DNA from: Hydrurus foetidus | Taxonomy: Eukaryota | Length of the DNA stretch: 37,389 nt | Direction: 5' to 3' | Assembly (NCBI GenBank): GCA_900617105.1 | Contig: UYFQ01000105.1 | Location: forward strand, 1 to 37,389 | In this document: positions 35,401-37,389 of the stretch, one piece after another | Position numbering within the stretch: position 1 is the stretch's first letter | How the letters are laid out: every line of letters starts with the position of its first letter | The notes under the pieces: generated by a model | What the model was told of the DNA's origin: nothing | Databases searched by the model: none | What the model saw: only the letters and a program-made list of their open reading frames with translations | Made by a program: the position numbers and the translations under genes

Positions 35401-36974
35401 GGATAGCAGATTGGTGCAGAGGATGACCTTGTTTTTTGTTTCTGCGGTTCTCTGCGTGTTGGGCATTTGTAGCGGGGTCGTTCGCTTGAACTGATTCTTG
35501 GGTGGGTATAGCATACCCACTCTGAATTCAGACTGAGGTCTGTTCAGGTGTTGGGTCTCGTACCCTGGAAGTTTGACTCCCGCATCATAGGCTTGGAACC
35601 CATGGTGAGGCCACAGGTGACCCATCGTGGAGTCCTTCCATCGCAGATGGAGTTCATTGTTGGCGTCTGCAAAGAACAGAGCCGGACAGTCTCGGATCTC
35701 ATGTCCGGGATGTCCACACGAGCGACATGGTGGAGGTGGCGGTTGGGGCCGCATCTGGACCAGAGGGTCATTTGATGTTCTCCTTGCCAAGGGAGCGGTA
35801 GCTTGCATCGTTTGCATAGGTTGAGCAGGGGGAGGGAGAGGCAGTGCTGCTAGTACTGATTTAGCATAGACAGCAGCAGAGAATGATCTCTGTTCAGGTA
35901 TGATCATCTGTTGTGCTTTTGGTACCTGGGTTACTCGCTCATCATAGCGGCTCTCTCTCGAAGAGTAAGAGTGTCTCCCAACGGGGTCACCGCAGTTAGC
36001 GACTTCTTTGAGAAGCTTACGTACGTGTCCGATGCACGTTCCAAAACGGATGAATGCAGACTCCTAGGTCTCATTCGCAATGGGTTTACCATTGTTACCC
36101 TTCGCCCTGAAATAATCATTTTTTAGTTGACTATCAGGTTTGAGTTTTTTCTCAATCGTTACTATCAGTGCAGCATGCTGCTCCGGAGTGATTGGTTGGG
36201 TGTTCTCGTAGGTCTCATTCGTGAAAGAAAAATTAATTTCAATTGACGCGAAGTTCTCTACGAGGGTCCGACCCACATCATTTTTGTCGCCAAAATATTT
36301 GGATATGATGGTCGCAGCCTTTTTGACTGTAACATGGTTATACCATGTGTAGTAAACTCTGGGTCGCTTGCAAAAGCGTATTGTATGACATAGGTCGTGG
36401 GGTCGACGACGACCTGGTGAGTAAAAAAGTTGTCATGCCATTGATTGGCTTGATTTTGAAACTTCGCAGCTTGTTCTCCCGTAATGTTCGGGGTTTCAAT
36501 GATAAACGGCGGTTCTGGTAAAATGCTCTGTTTAACGGTTCTGATAACGGTAATGCTCTGTTTAAAAGCACTTGCAACGTGCTCCATATTGCACTGAGGA
36601 GTACGGAGTGGAACATCGACTACGATGGGAACGAGGGGTGACTACCGCACAGTCACCACACACGGTGACTGTACTTTCGCCAGCTTCGCCACGCATCGAT
36701 GCCTGTTGACACAATTCAGGTAAGGTCAAGGGCCTATCGGAGTTACTAGTGCTACTAGAGCTACTAGACGAGTTACTCGGGCTCGATTTACTCGGAGAGT
36801 TCTCGATATCACTCTCTTCAGAGTAATCGTAATTGTCTCGTGGTATTTCTCCACCATCTTCCAAGTCAAGTAGCTCATGACGGTGTGAGTTGGAAGGAAC
36901 GGCGTCAATTGACATCCGGTCTCATACGGAGTCTCTGCTAAATAATCAGCAGGTAAATTTGACATCATCTCCAA
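35398..36974 (-). pseudogene. gag: E3 gag, fragmented
   Basis: CCHC knuckle in 35398-35907; upstream pieces resemble E1/E2 Gag (F..QAN, KKL...L). Confidence 0.75.
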
Positions 36975-37389
36975 ATTTGAATTTTAGGGTTCTCGCTGTG
37001 TAAGCGGTATTGTTTGGTCTCTTTGCGGAACATAAGCACGTCGCAAAGGCTGTATAGGTGATTTCTTCACCATGAATTGGGGGTATCTACGAGATAATTC
37101 GACTCGTGAAGTCGAAAATATATTCGGGTCTGTTTCGTATGGAAACAGCGATTCCGCCAACTCGTCAAGCGAGGATTCAAGCTCAGCGAGATGCACTCTC
37201 GGAAATGTTTTTGCAACCAAGTTGATTGCTTGGGTTTGAGGTGGTTGGAATCATCCCCGGGAACGTCGACGTATAAGTCAGTGCAGAAAGTGAATTAAAA
37301 TCAGATGAAACAGACAAGAAATCGTGGGTTTCAAGCAAATTTTGCAAAGGCTTCTGGGGGAAACCATAGTATACAGCGTAGCGAGCTCA

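Larger units (their letters stand above)
31114..37389 (-). mobile_element. Decayed chromovirus LTR retrotransposon E3 (5' LTR not in window)
   Basis: Minus-strand gag (CRSCGHPGHEIRDC), LDTG 35230, YLDD 33879, TDAS, integrase and chromodomain, then PPT and LTR. Confidence 0.95.

Noticed and set aside
37214..37224. CAACTTGGT shared with the E1 post-LTR region as a possible E3 PBS
   Set aside because: No copy of the E3 LTR next to it within the window.

Overview
Eukaryotic DNA with short spliceosomal introns and bipartite plastid-targeting leaders, probably a flagellated photosynthetic stramenopile/ochrophyte (inference). 1-14246 is a nest of transposons. A young Ty3/Gypsy chromodomain-type LTR retrotransposon (E1, 201-bp LTRs) sits inside the gag of an older relative (E2), whose integrase is also split by a ~1.3-kb non-autonomous TIR element. 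14.3-15.7 kb holds an unknown gene and a possible transposase relic. 16.1-30.9 kb is a compact gene island: tRNA-Gln(TTG), CEP120, TFIIB-like factor, VTT/DedA membrane protein, AlkB-like dioxygenase, plastid EF-P and plastid DHQase/shikimate dehydrogenase. 31114-37389 is a third, decayed chromovirus (E3, minus strand). Main finding: E1 and E2, and probably E3, carry a short GT-AG intron at the gag/pol junction. Retention gives Gag-Pol; splicing shifts the frame into a hidden Gag tail exon that stops at a conserved TAG just before the protease active site. This is a predicted splicing-based Gag:Gag-Pol switch, inferred from sequence only.
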